From NCBI GenBank assembly GCA_965113315.1, contig OZ220370.1: DNA of 64,000 bases. One strand, given 5' to 3'. Shown here one piece after another: positions 12,828-24,900 of this stretch. This DNA comes from Podarcis vaucheri (taxonomy: Eukaryota). A program made the position numbers and the translations under genes. Numbering within the stretch: position 1 is the stretch's first letter; each line of letters opens with the position of its first letter. Under the pieces are notes generated by a model, which saw only the letters and a list, made by a program, of their open reading frames with translations, did no database searches and was not told the DNA's origin.

Positions 12828-13305
12828 CTGCAGCAGTAAAAGAACAACCACGTAATAAAATATGTATTAATCTGGTATTTCTGGGAGAAACTTGGCAAAC
12901 CCACCATTAACTATTCATTAACTTGCAAAACCACTTTGTACTCAGAACTTCAATGAACTAAGCAAGAGAAAAAGATGAAAGAATGAAGGTGAGATCTTTG
13001 ATGATGACCCAGGACTCTCAAAGCGAAACAGAACTTTCTATTATAAAACACATTTTACTGAGAATACGCGCAGGAGATTATTTTCTGTACACAGAAGTTA
13101 GTCTGTGAGGCTTGAAGTAACTCTTAAGAACTTGCCATAATTCACATAATTAAACAGCTTGCCTGATCTACGCCTCAAAATCAAAAGCGCTGCACCAGCA
13201 TTGCAGGGCCATTGAAGCCCTGCCAAAGCGCAGCACGCCTGGAAAACTATTCTAGATTGCTAGCAAGTCTGTAGCACTTTCATTTTAAGGGTTTCTGGTC
13301 TTTAC

Positions 13306-13424
13306 CATCGACATGCTTCCAAAGCTCTGACGGCACCTTGATGCACAGCTCTCCATTTCCAGCATCTGGGTCCACAGCACTGACTGCAGCAGCATACGCA
13401 TTGGAAAAGTAGTTGAGATTTCTC
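13306..13424 (-). CDS. TAF2: TAF2 coding exon 4
   Basis: RNLNYFSNAYAAAVSAVDPDAGNGELCIKVPSELWKHVD; CAG/GTAAA. Confidence 0.95.
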
Positions 13425-14045
13425 CTGCAACACAAAGGACTCAGAGTTCAAATTCAAAAAAAGGATTCGGGGTCAAGGGACTTCACATGCTGCAAAAAAG
13501 CAGATAAAAAATGCCCACAACAGAAGTGCTTAAAATTGTCACCTCTAACAGTAACCACTTAGAAATGCCAACTCAACACTCATGGGCAGATTGTACACCC
13601 TCTTTGAAATGTCACAATAAAAGCTTTAAACTTAACTGAGAAAGTCATTTGATAAGCTTGAGACAATTGCAGTGAAAATCTTGTCCATTGCTCCACTTAT
13701 CTTGACTTCATGTGGCAAGGACACACAGAGCTTGGCCTGCCCTACACAATGGAACTGGAGACTTAAGCACGTATGGAGAGAGGGAATCTCCAAAATATAT
13801 CAGTCCCAGGCCACAAAAGACGTCGAAAGGGTAGGATCCAGCACCATCAATTGGACCAGGAAACTAAATCAGCAGCCAGCACGATTGCCAGAAAGTAGGC
13901 TGAATATTATTCTGCCTCCTCACATTTGACAAAATAATGGTCTGAATAACTATAGCAGGGGTCGGCAAACTACGGCCCCTGGGGTCCTAAATCCGGCCCA
14001 TCCGGCCATTTAAGAACCTGCCATGAAGCCGAGACTCCCGACGAT

Positions 14046-14195
14046 ATCTACTTGCACTTTGACATGTTTTCAAACTGCTAGTTTGGCAGGAGCAGGGACC
14101 GAGCAACGGGAGCTCACCCCGCCATGGGGATTCGAACCGCCAACCTTCTGATCGGCGAGCCCCAGGCTATGTGGTTCAGACCACAGCGCCACCCG
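14046..14195 (-). mobile_element. Partial Sauria SINE next to a hAT-like end (about 13956-14045)
   Basis: Matches the 5' half of the other Sauria copies. Confidence 0.7.
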
Positions 14196-15494
14196 CTGTC
14201 TACTATAGACTGCCTTATATTACTGAAACCATTCTTATTGTGGTGCTGTTCTTTTCCTAAACGGATGATAATATACAACGTGCGCGCTGTATGTTCAGTT
14301 TTAACTTTTTGCATATTACATTTCAGGCCGCAAACGCTTGGAAACTCAGAGTTAAAAAAGCAACCTTCCAAAACCAAGCCACAACGATCCCATTCATTAC
14401 CGCCAACTCATCTACATCCTGTTGCACTCTAATGGTGGTGATTTCACAGTCAATTGAGCTCCTTGGCTGGGTGGCTTTGCACCATACCCTTAACAGTCTT
14501 TTAAAGGCTGATTTAATGAAGAACAGAGAATACCTTTCTTAGTTGGAGTCCTACAGCAAGTTCTTCACAGAACTAGTTCTACAAATATGTAGCATTGCTT
14601 TCTTTCGTCAATGAGCTCAAGTTCATCTCCTAAGAGATACTTTTCAAAACTAGCAATATCATGCCTGAAATGAGTCAATAAAATTCAGCGACTAAAAGGA
14701 GGGAATAAAATTGCCCTTTCTTTCCCTGTTTGACTTAAAGATTTATTAGACGTCTCAATATAGCTTACTTTTTTACAATATGCCCAACATTATAACTATC
14801 CACAAGGTTCAAACACAAAAAAGAAGACACAATACTTTCTTTCCCACACCAACTCATCTTCCACAGAAAAAGGAGGGTTTTGTACAATGAAAGGGTTTGA
14901 GCCAAATTAAAACCTCACAAAAATCAGACATGACCTCATTTCAAAGCTTTCCTTCCACCTCATTCCCTACCCACCACATACTGAGTAAACTTCATTTTGA
15001 ATTTTTGAAATCTAACATGGAAAACTCAAGAGGCTAAACTGATTATTCATGAATAGCCCAGAGATTATTCATGCATAGCCCAGAGGATGTAAACACCTCA
15101 GTCCTGAAGGACAAACTTCAAGCCTGAAAGAATTTTTGACCATTTATTAAGAAAACAAGTTAGCTCAGTTTTTAGCCTTTGATAATACTATGGCTGGTGC
15201 ACAAGTGGTGACTTGCATGTATAAAGAAGCAATTCCCGCTCAAACATCACAGGCAGAACTTTCACTACCATCTCACGCCTTCATAAAACATGGTACGCTT
15301 CCATGGAGTCAATTCATACACTCAGAAAGGAGTCATTGAGTGAGATGATCAACAACAATCAATGTTCATGGTGTGCAAATTAGCCCTAGCTTTTCAATTT
15401 TGCTTTTTTAGTTGTTGAAATCTATCTGAATCTGAAGGCTTGGAGCATGTTACTACCAGCTAAGTAGCAAGAGGAACAACAAGAGGATACCCAC

Positions 15495-16203
15495 TACAAT
15501 TTTCGAACAGCTTAGTTCCCGAACAACTCAGTACCCATACACTGCAAACTCGGAAGTGTTCCGGTTTGACTCAGAAGCCGAACATGCTCCTGAGCTTCCG
15601 TTTTTACTGTTGTGCAGCTCATTTGAGTCCCCCGCATAGTAATTAAGGTTTTTTCATCTTGTTTTACCCTTGCGCAGCAAATTTAAGTCCCCCGCATTGT
15701 AATAAAGGTTTTTTTTCATCCCATTTGTATCCTTGAGCAGCTAATTTAAGTCCTCCCCCCCCATCATAATTAAAGCCTTCCGTTTCTGATTGCAGAGTTC
15801 TGAGGCGATATTTGGTCTTTTGTTCTTGCTATTTTTTGCGTTTTTTGTGTGTGGCTTTTTCATTTTTGTGACTGTGGCCTGTTAATTGATTGATTGTGTG
15901 ACTGCAAAAAGGGATAAAAGCCCCCCATCCAAACAATAACTATCATCAGTGCAGGTAAGAATTTTTTTAAATTTTTTTTTGTCATCTACAATACAGTCTT
16001 ATTTATAGTACAGAACATTGATTACTGCTTTCATTTTATGGATCAATGATCTTGTTAGATAGTAAAATTCATGTTCAATTGCTGTTTTAGGGGTTGTTTT
16101 TAAAAGTCTGGAACAGATTAATCCATTTTGCATTACTTTCTATGGGAAAGTGCGCCTTGGTTTGGGAACACTTTGTTTTTGGAACAGACTTCCGGTACCA
16201 CTA
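15495..16203. mobile_element. Degenerate Tc1/mariner (Tigger-like) non-autonomous element with an internal ~58-bp tandem repeat
   Basis: Right end ...TTCCGGTACCACTATA resembles the TIR of the MITE family below; three degenerate repeat units at 15610-15780. Left boundary uncertain. Confidence 0.45.
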
Positions 16204-17441
16204 TATTTCAAGTCAGAACTACCACATGCTAACTTATCACTTTACACTTTACACTTGATATTTTACTGCCACTTTGGGGAGGTCCTTTTGAAGCTCCTTG
16301 CAATCCTTTTTGTTTTATTTTGTTTTAACCATCTTTAACAAATCGTATGCTAGGCCAGTAAATGCAGTCTATCTGTACACTTAATTCTTTCCAGAATCAG
16401 ACGCAAGCCCAGCAAAAATAAACCATCCGTAAAGCGATTCTTAATTTCTGCCTTGCCCTAATGGCATTTTCATATTTTAAATCTTTTAGTGATTATCACA
16501 CATAATAAGCACCAGAAATAATAAACAACACAAGTCTCAACTTCAATATGAATTTCAGGGATATTCAAATCAACTTACTTTAAAGTAAATATGATACAGG
16601 AATATTCTGCCTCTAATTATCACCAAGGGACAGCTTTCCAAAATGTCTGTATCTAGAGGGAACTTGTGGTTAGATACTAAATACCAGTGGGTTCACAGAC
16701 AGAAATGGGCCATATTTTATGTAATGAGAGGTAGACTCCTTGGAACAGAGGCTAGAATTTCACAGAAACCATTATTTAGTTTGTTCTCTTTTTCACATGT
16801 GCATTGGTCCTGTTCAAATATGTGACTCACTGTAGAGGAATCTATTTAGAGGACCATTATGGTGGAGGGGGTGTCTTATGGGTATGCTTACTTTCCATAC
16901 AAATGGTAGCAGCTGAGAAGTGGAGATCTGGATTGACATCCTTTCACTATATATTCATTTGTATTTAACACTAAAGCTCCGTGGCACTTACTGATACTGA
17001 AGGTCCAAGTCTCAACTTAAAACCAGTGCAAGCCTGTTAGAAGCTTCTTGAATACTGCTGAAAATGGAGTTTGTTAGGCACATGTAGTCTTTTATTAAAA
17101 ATAAAAATGTATCAAAAATAAAGATGTACTTTGACCAGGGGTACTGTTTGCTAAGAGAGACCCTTGCCTTGTTGTGACAAAACAAAAAACCTTTCTCTGG
17201 GTTGTACATCTGTAATAGAATTATTTGGCAAGATGCATAGTTAATCTAGACTATTCCAGCAAACTATTATTTCAGCTAGTTAAACTAGTTGGGGCCTCTT
17301 TCACCACACCCTTAATATATAAAGATGCTACATAGAAGAAATCTGTTTTAGGCATCTTACTCAAAAATACACGTATTTGTGAATTGTGGGTCTAAGAGTT
17401 GGTTGTTTCCTGTTGGCTCAGTTATGCAACGTTACTATGTA

Positions 17442-17667
17442 CAGTGGTACCTCGGGTTAAGTACTTAATTTGTTCCGGAGGTCCATTCTTAACCTGAAAC
17501 TGTTCTTAACCTGAAGCACCACTTCAGCTAATAGGGCCTCCCGCTGCCGCCGTACCACCGGAGCACGATTTCTGTTCTCATCCTGAAGCAAAGTTCTTAA
17601 CCTGAAGCACTATTTCTGGGTTAGCGGAGTCTGTAACCTGAAGCGTATGTAACCCGAGGTACCACTG
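17442..17667 (+). mobile_element. Tc1/mariner-type MITE
   Basis: TIR CAGTGGTACCTCGGGTTA / TAACCCGAGGTACCACTG, TA TSD. Confidence 0.9.
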
Positions 17668-17694
17668 TATCCAGAATGGCAATTCTTGCTATTG

Positions 17695-17836
17695 CAAACC
17701 AGGATAGTTGGTAGACCATGAGACTCTTAATCTCGGTTGTGGGTTCATGCCCCATGTTGGGCCAAAGATTCCTGGATTGTAGGGGGTTGAACTAAATGAT
17801 CCTGGTGGTCCATTCCAACTCCACAGTTCTATGATT
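17695..17836 (+). mobile_element. tRNA-derived SINE with CR1-like tail
   Basis: tRNA-like head (AGTTGGTAGA...GACTCTTAATCTC...GTGGGTTC) then CR1 3' end ...TTCCAACT...TTCTATGATT. Confidence 0.65.
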
Positions 17837-18804
17837 TGGTGGGAAAGCACTGTCTTCCTCCACAAAGACATGTCTTAAATAAATCCAGCAAAGCTTTATT
17901 TGTACCACCCAGAGTCTCTGCTTGCACGTGCATCCTTTTTATACAAGAGGGTATGGTGTTGTTGGGAGTCAGGCAGGCAGCAGGATCCTAAAGTGTAAGA
18001 ATGTGCCATCATTTCCCAACAATGTCCACTAAAAGAAATACTTAGCATCATTGTAACATTTTCCCTAAATAGTCAAAGCACTTCACATACTTTATCTCAA
18101 TAATCTTTCCAGCAATCCTGAAAGACAGGCCAATGCTATCGTTCTCATCAGTGCTATTTTTCTGGAAAATGAGGTGCTGGAACTCACTATGAACACCTCC
18201 TTCATTCTCTCAGAATGGCAATGGCGCACAGTTGAGAGGTGCCAGAACTGAGTTCCAGTGAGTTTCTCCTGAAAGCCCTAGTTCTCATATTTCAGAGTGA
18301 GGCTGAAAATCTGAAACATGCTTCATTGTAACCATTCCATTGAAATCCCATGTCATATCATTTTGGGTCAGTATGGTTAGGATCAGGCCATGAGACAGTA
18401 GGATCTGGCCGCTAGGTTTAATTCAAACGTCCTCCAAACCAATGGCCCCTTTGACAGCTGGGTAAGGCTGCCCAATTGTGACATTATCAAGATGTCAAGT
18501 GCAGCATTTTCTTTTGCCTGCGAATTGTCTGAAAGTAAGCAATTCAGGCCACTGTGAGAATAGGATGCTAGACTAGATGGATTTTTGGCTTGATCCCGGA
18601 CTCTTCGTATGTTTTATATTATCTCAAAAACTTCAGATTTGTGAAATACTTCCCATCATTACTTCACTTTTGACACCTATTAAATGTGTTGATCAATCTT
18701 GTGCTTCAAGAACACTCATGACTCAAAGCCCACTTCATACCCTATCCAAAAAAGATACTGATCACTATTCCAGAGACGGTAGCAACTATGCACTATTTAC
18801 TTAC

Positions 18805-18965
18805 TGTTTTGACTCATGGTGACAAACCTCCAGCGTGGGGTCATTATAAATAAAAGCTGCTTCCAGATCGTTGACTCTCACTCTGTATATCCTACATTGT
18901 TTACTGTTCAGCTTGATCCTATTCAGATTTGCAACTGTGGGAAATATTGTCAGCTCCACGTAACC
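18805..18965 (-). CDS. TAF2: TAF2 coding exon 3
   Basis: GYVELTIFPTVANLNRIKLNSKQCRIYRVRVNDLEAAFIYNDPTLEVCHHESK; CAG/GTAAG. Confidence 0.95.
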
Positions 18966-21719
18966 CTGCACAGATTTAAAAGAACAACATCAGGGACACA
19001 CATATATTTTCTTCTTAACCTGCAGAAGTTTACACTCCAAAGCAATTTAGCTTTATAAATACTATTATAGCTTCAAAATGAGTTTCCTTTTGCATCAACT
19101 GAAAGGTTTAAAAAGTGCACCAGCTCTCACCGGGTTGCTTCTCATACTGCTTGTTAAGGACACACTCGGTGTCAGAAGTAAGAAAGTAACAAGAGGAGTG
19201 CAACGTTCCCTTCAATCAATGAAGAAAGTCCTAGGTACAGCTAGGCTGACCAGATGCAAATGAGGACAGTGCTCTTACATCTTTAGCAGCTGTGCAGAAG
19301 GAGGAATTTCACCAGGTGCAGCTTGTCACTGTTGCAACTATTAAAGCAGAGGTGGGAAGCCTGTAGTCTTCCAGATGTCCTTGGACTCTAGCCCCCATCA
19401 GTCCCAGCTAGCATAGCCAATGCTCAGGGAAGATGGGAGCTACAATGCAACATCTGAAATCACCAGCACCCTATCCCTATATTAAAGGTACAGGAGCCCT
19501 GTTTGTGTGTTTGTTTTTTGGCCACCCTACATCCAGCATGAGGTGCCATGATTCTCCTTCACAGGAGAACTCTACTTCACAGAAACTAGGGGGCACATTC
19601 CTACACTTTTCAAGACTTGAAAATGCTGCTTGTCCTGAGACACAACCAGTCCTTTTGGTCTCTGGTTCTCCCCTTCCTATTTGTTCACACTTTTATCACC
19701 AAGCTCACAGCAGCATTTAGGAGAGCGTCCCGCTTTTCCTCACAACTACCCTGCGAGTTAGGTGCCTGGCCCAACGTCATGGAGCGAGTTTCATAACTGA
19801 GCACTAAAATTTTGTCCGTGTTCCCGGAGAAGCTACTCAGACACTAAACCCAACCACAGCTCCTTCACAGTAAATGTGAAGGTATAGCAACAAACAACTG
19901 GAGGCAGGATCACAATCCCATCAAAGCAAGTATGCCTTCTTCGCTTTGTCCTAAAAAACAAAACCCCACCCTAACATAACTATTCAGTTCTCCCCCGTGA
20001 AACCAAGAAACAAGAGACACAACTTGGTTGGTGGCACTCATTCATCTGCAGCCCGGGGGTAAGCACATAAAAACAGAGCATGTGGAATATATTACGGGTT
20101 CCTGGGAACACAAAAGCTCATGAAAAATGAAAGAATTTAGCACTGAAATCCATCAATCTCCATCAACACAAGGATGTTGCGCTAGAACCTCCAAACAAGA
20201 ATTCAGTCATTCATGTTTTATTTGTTTGATAACTCCTTTCAGGAGACAGGAATTTTCTTCCCTCTATTTGTAAACATCGGGATTGACTACTGCAATGTGC
20301 TCTTTGGGACTGCTCATAAACGGCTTTCAGCACACAGCAACCTACCCTGTCAAGTGTGGAACAGTACTTATACGTTGATATCGTTCCACATTTTTTATGT
20401 AAGTATCAATAAAAACAGACCTATATAAAAAGGTGTGGAACAGTATCATCATATAAAACCTGAGTAAAACTGCATCCTTTGCCTTTTAGCTTTTCAGTGT
20501 GATGGCACTGACTTTTAACGCTATTTATAAACTACCGTATCTACAATTTGTAGATGAAGTGGGATCATCTCCCTGCCCCCCCCCCATTAAAGAATTATGC
20601 AATGGCTTTGATGTTTCATATCTCAGGAAACACTTTTCCTATTAAGAGCCAATCTGGCTATTAAGATCAAACACAAAAATCCTGTCATAAACCAGCCATC
20701 TCAATATCAATTATACCAGAAAGTGGAACAAGGTTTTCTCCATAATGGTTTTGGAGTTGTGGAATTCCCTTTCAACAGAAACATACCTGAGCCTCCCTGT
20801 GGCAGCTTTTGGAAAAGACCACAATATTTTCTCTTTTAAGTGGGTATTGCATGTTAAGTGAATTTTATTATTTTCTTTTTATGATGTGTTTTGAAGATTT
20901 TATTTTCAGAAATAAATTTTGCTGTTTATTAACCTGAGCCCATCTTAAACAAATAAATAACCAATGGGTAAATGCAAAATTTATCTGGCTTTAATATTTT
21001 AAATATTTGAACGGTTTATGCCTAACCTATCCCTGAGGTCTTGGCGGTGAAGCTGATCCTTCACACTTCTTAGGTGTGGCTTTTTTGGCTCCATAAACAA
21101 TTCCCTGCTGTTGTGATTGCAATCATTTTAACAGGTTCCAGTTCAGGGTAAACTCTCACTAATGTCAATTGAGGTAGCATGAAACTTTTGAGCACTTCTG
21201 CAAGCAAGCTGTAAAATTGTCAGTCAGTGGCAGTTGCAGGCCAGCTTAATGGTAAAGAACAAAAGGATAGGATAGGCAGCTAAAGAAAAGGATAAAACTC
21301 CTCTAGAATAACCTCTCTGGCCATTGGTATTTTGTAAATATTACAGCAGAAATGTGAGGTTGTTTGTTGTCACAAAATGGGATGCATGGCATACATAGCA
21401 TGAAGAAAACACAGTTAACCAACTATAAAAGTGAATCCCTTAATAGCCAGAAGAGTAGAGGCTTATGACGTAGACTTTCACTACGTTAATTAAATAGGAA
21501 CATGGGAAGCTGGCTTATACCAGGTCACGCTATTTGTCCATCTAGTTCAGGACTGCCTGGTCCAACTAGCAGTGGCTTTCTGGGGTCTTGGGCAGAAAAT
21601 ATTTCCCATCACCTGGTACCTGGTTCTTTTTGTTGGAGATTCCAGGGACTGAGCCTAGGACCTCCTATACACAAAACATGTACTCTTCCTTTGAGCTCTA
21701 TAGTCCCTTCCCCTCAATA

Positions 21720-21945
21720 CAGTGGTACCTTGGGTTAAGAACTTAATTCGTTTTGGAGGTCCATTCTTAACCTGAAACTGTTCTTAACCTGAGGTACCAC
21801 TTTAGCTAATGGGGCCTCCCGCTGCCGCTGTGCCCCCACCGCACGATTTCTGCTCTTATCCTGAAGCAAAGTTCTTAACCTGAGGTACTATTTCTGGGTT
21901 TGCGGAGTCTGTGACCTGAAGCGTCTGTAACCCGAGGTACCACTG
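21720..21945 (+). mobile_element. Tc1/mariner-type MITE
   Basis: Same TIRs and TA TSD; begins at +10 of TAF2 intron 2. Confidence 0.9.
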
Positions 21946-21954
21946 TATACTTAC

Positions 21955-22009
21955 AACAACAGATTTTCTCTGGAAATTTATGTTGTTGATACAGACCACC
22001 TGGTGGGTT
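21955..22009 (-). CDS. TAF2: TAF2 coding exon 2
   Basis: THQVVCINNINFQRKSVV; GTAAG donor. The acceptor is non-canonical (AC) if the conserved YKLTHQ junction is kept. Confidence 0.9.
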
Positions 22010-23172
22010 GTGCTGGGGAAAGGAAGAAAAAATTCAAAATAAAGATCTTGATGTGTATAAGCTTGCAGAGAACTAGAAAATAAGTTATCAGACCATCTGT
22101 CTGCCTGCACTCATGTGTCACATAACAGATTTTAGACACAGGCCATCCTGGGCACTTCATCATAAAGAATTATTGCACCCTCCATAAGTGGCCAAGTATC
22201 AAGCTGGTATCAAGTAAACAACGCCTATATTGTATGTGTGAGTATGCACCACATTTAACACTGCAACAAACAGAGAAGATTCATTCTATATATACTGAGA
22301 AAATATTATCTGCATTAATAGAAAACAATTTATAACATCAGTTGTGGGATCAGAAATATCAGTAAATTTTCTAATATTCCATTATATACTCAAGCAGCTA
22401 GACATGTACAACTGAAGCTTCTCTCCTGGGTGGGATTCTAGTTAAAACACATCTACCCCAGCAATTCCAACCTAAAGAGGCCAACTACAATCATGCAATA
22501 GTTTTAGCACCCTTTTTCCTCTATAGTTCTCAGCTTGTTTGGCACTTCACATCACAATTAGCCATCACCAGAAACAAATGTAGGTAATTTCCAGTATTTT
22601 CTGTATCAAAAGTACAGTATTCTGAAGTCAATGTAATAGCATAACATGAGAAGTTAAGCTGAGATAAAAAAATATATTCTTAAAGAGCCTCAAACCAATA
22701 GAAATAATTGACAGAGGCTGAGGCAACCCAGGCCGATGGAAGACGTATTTCATTGTTGTTGTTGTTGTTGTTGTTACATAAAAATATTTCAGTTCAACTT
22801 GCTTGTGGATCATGCATGGTACTTTCATGTTCCAAGCAAATTTTGATGCCTAAGGAACTAAGGTCACAAGTCTAATTCTATGTACCTGAAAGTAGGCCTC
22901 ACTGAATTCAACAAGACTTACCGTACTTTCAAGTTGAAATAGTTAGGAGTGCACTGTACATATTTACATGTATCAGGGGAAAACCAAAAATGCAGTTTCC
23001 CACATTTTAATGGAACTGATTTATATTACCAAACTAGTTGTTAAAATGTAACTTCAATTTCTCTCCAGGTTTTTTAAACAATCTGCAGCTTTCTGGACTC
23101 CAAAGGCCTATTGCTTCAGTTTACAAACATCAACCTGTGGTCATAAGAAAAGAAACAGTAGCGGATACTTAT

Positions 23173-23228
23173 AATTTATAAGGTCTTGGGCTCTCAAACC
23201 CCTTGTCTCCTTTCTTCCTGTTCATCAT
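23173..23228 (-). CDS. TAF2: TAF2 coding exon 1
   Basis: ATG ATG AAC AGG AAG... = MMNRKKGDKGFESPRPYK(L), followed by an ATAAGT (AT) donor. Candidate AG acceptors lie just upstream (about 23240-23248), suggesting a non-coding first exon. Confidence 0.9.
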
Positions 23229-24399
23229 AAATAGTACTACTGAACCTTGATGAAAATCAAATACACATCACAAGCCTCATTAGCAGTCTTTTCAAAGGTA
23301 ACTTTAATTCTTCCTTTCTTGGCTGATTTCTTCCCATTAAAGATCTTTCACCAGAAAATTTTAGAATAGTCCAAAGAAATGTCCAAAGAGGCAACATTGC
23401 CCATAAAGCATTTTCGGAGTGTGAATACTTCAGATTTCGGGAGACCTAACCTACTAATACTGACCTCTTAAATTAGGGAGAATTATATATGTATTAAACT
23501 TAGTATCTGTTGTGCAACTTACTGACATTTAGTAAGGTAAGGGGATGCTTCCTAGAAAGAGAACTTCTCCTACCCCAGGTTAAAAGATGACAACTTCTGA
23601 ATCCTCTAAAGACCTACCAAAGCAAACTAGATACATCTCTCTTTTTTGTGTAGGCATTTAGCTATTTACAACTTTTTTTTAAAAGAGAGATCTCTTGTCT
23701 TGTAGTCTATTTACTAAAGAAGCGACAGCAGTTGTCAGTGATTCCTGGCTAACTTGATAGACGCACTTTTAGAACAAAAACTGGTTACTGACTAGGTTTC
23801 TATCTGGGAGAAGGAATCCCGGGGTAATGCAGTATGCAACCTTCCCAATTTGCGGGGGCAGCATCTGGACCTAGGAGCAGCCGAGGCTGCTGCCGAGCTG
23901 CCCCCAAACTATCCTATGGGTATGTAGTTACCCTTCCTTGAGCCAGGGCTGGGTACAGCCTTTCTCTACAAAGGAGATGCCAACAAGGGGACTCCTGATC
24001 TGCGAGGTCGCATCTGGTTTAAGCAGGTGCGTTGGCAGCTGTCGGGGCTTCTGGTCAGGTCTAGGGGTATCTAGCCAGCATGGAGCCGGCTCCCTTTTGG
24101 AGCGTGTCTAGGAAGAGGGCGCTTTTCCTGTGGGTCTCCCAGGAGGATTCCCGTTTCACGGCGGGGATGTGTTGCTAGAAATGAGGTGGGCATGAGGGCT
24201 ACTGAAGCTCCGACTAGGAATTTGGGGCGAGGGGGGAGAGCTTGTTCTGAGGCGAGGAGCTGCCGCAACTTCAACTCTCGAGGGGCGATTCTTCACGGGC
24301 GCGGCTGCCTAGTTGAGGGGACCGTCGCTAGTCCTCATGAAAAGCGAGTTGCTTTAGGGAGGCGGTAGGTGTCCTGTGAGGAAGAACGACGTCCGAGGG

Positions 24400-24900
24400 A
24401 GGCAGCGGCTGCAGCTCGGGGGCCTCCTCTTAGAGGGGTCCCGCCGGGGCCTGAGAGCGAAGTCTGGGCGGACAGCGGCTCCTAGGAGGCGAGGCGTCTC
24501 TCTCTCCACGGCCGGCTGCTCCCCTTAGGCCCGCTTCCAAGTACACAATCAGCGGCTCCGTTTTGGCGAGGCGGCCGCCATTTTGCTCGCAACCTTTGAC
24601 CTCACGTCAAAGTGGGCGGGAAGGTCGTCGACGCGTCAGGTTTGTTAAACCCCACCTCTCCCCTCGCGCTCCCGTTTCGCATTCGTCAGCGCGCCAATCA
24701 AGAGGCCGCACCTCACGCGTACGCACATAGGCGAGAATGCGCATGCGGAGCGAAACGAAGCCGCCTATTGGTGGAGCCCGTTACCACGACGACCTGGATT
24801 TGCTTTGGGGAAGCGGCTAGCGCCCGTTGGGAAGCTTGAAGGTGGTTTGCCGGAAGAGCTTCGCGCTCGCGCGCAGGCGCAGTGATTCCTCCCTAAGGGA
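24400..24900 (-). promoter_or_regulatory. TAF2: TAF2 CpG-island promoter
   Basis: CpG-rich. YY1 motif CAAAATGGCGGC (24574-24585, minus), NRF1-like TGCGCATGCG (24738-24747) and GCGCAGGCGCA (24871-24881), CCAAT boxes near 24694 and 24766. Confidence 0.8.

Noticed and set aside
15610-15780. Three ~58-bp repeats considered as a CRISPR-like array
   Set aside because: Contiguous degenerate tandem repeat with no unique spacers, inside a eukaryotic TE.
17695-17765. tRNA-like sequence (also at about 47300-47375, minus strand)
   Set aside because: Degenerate and fused to a CR1-type tail, so a SINE head rather than a tRNA gene.
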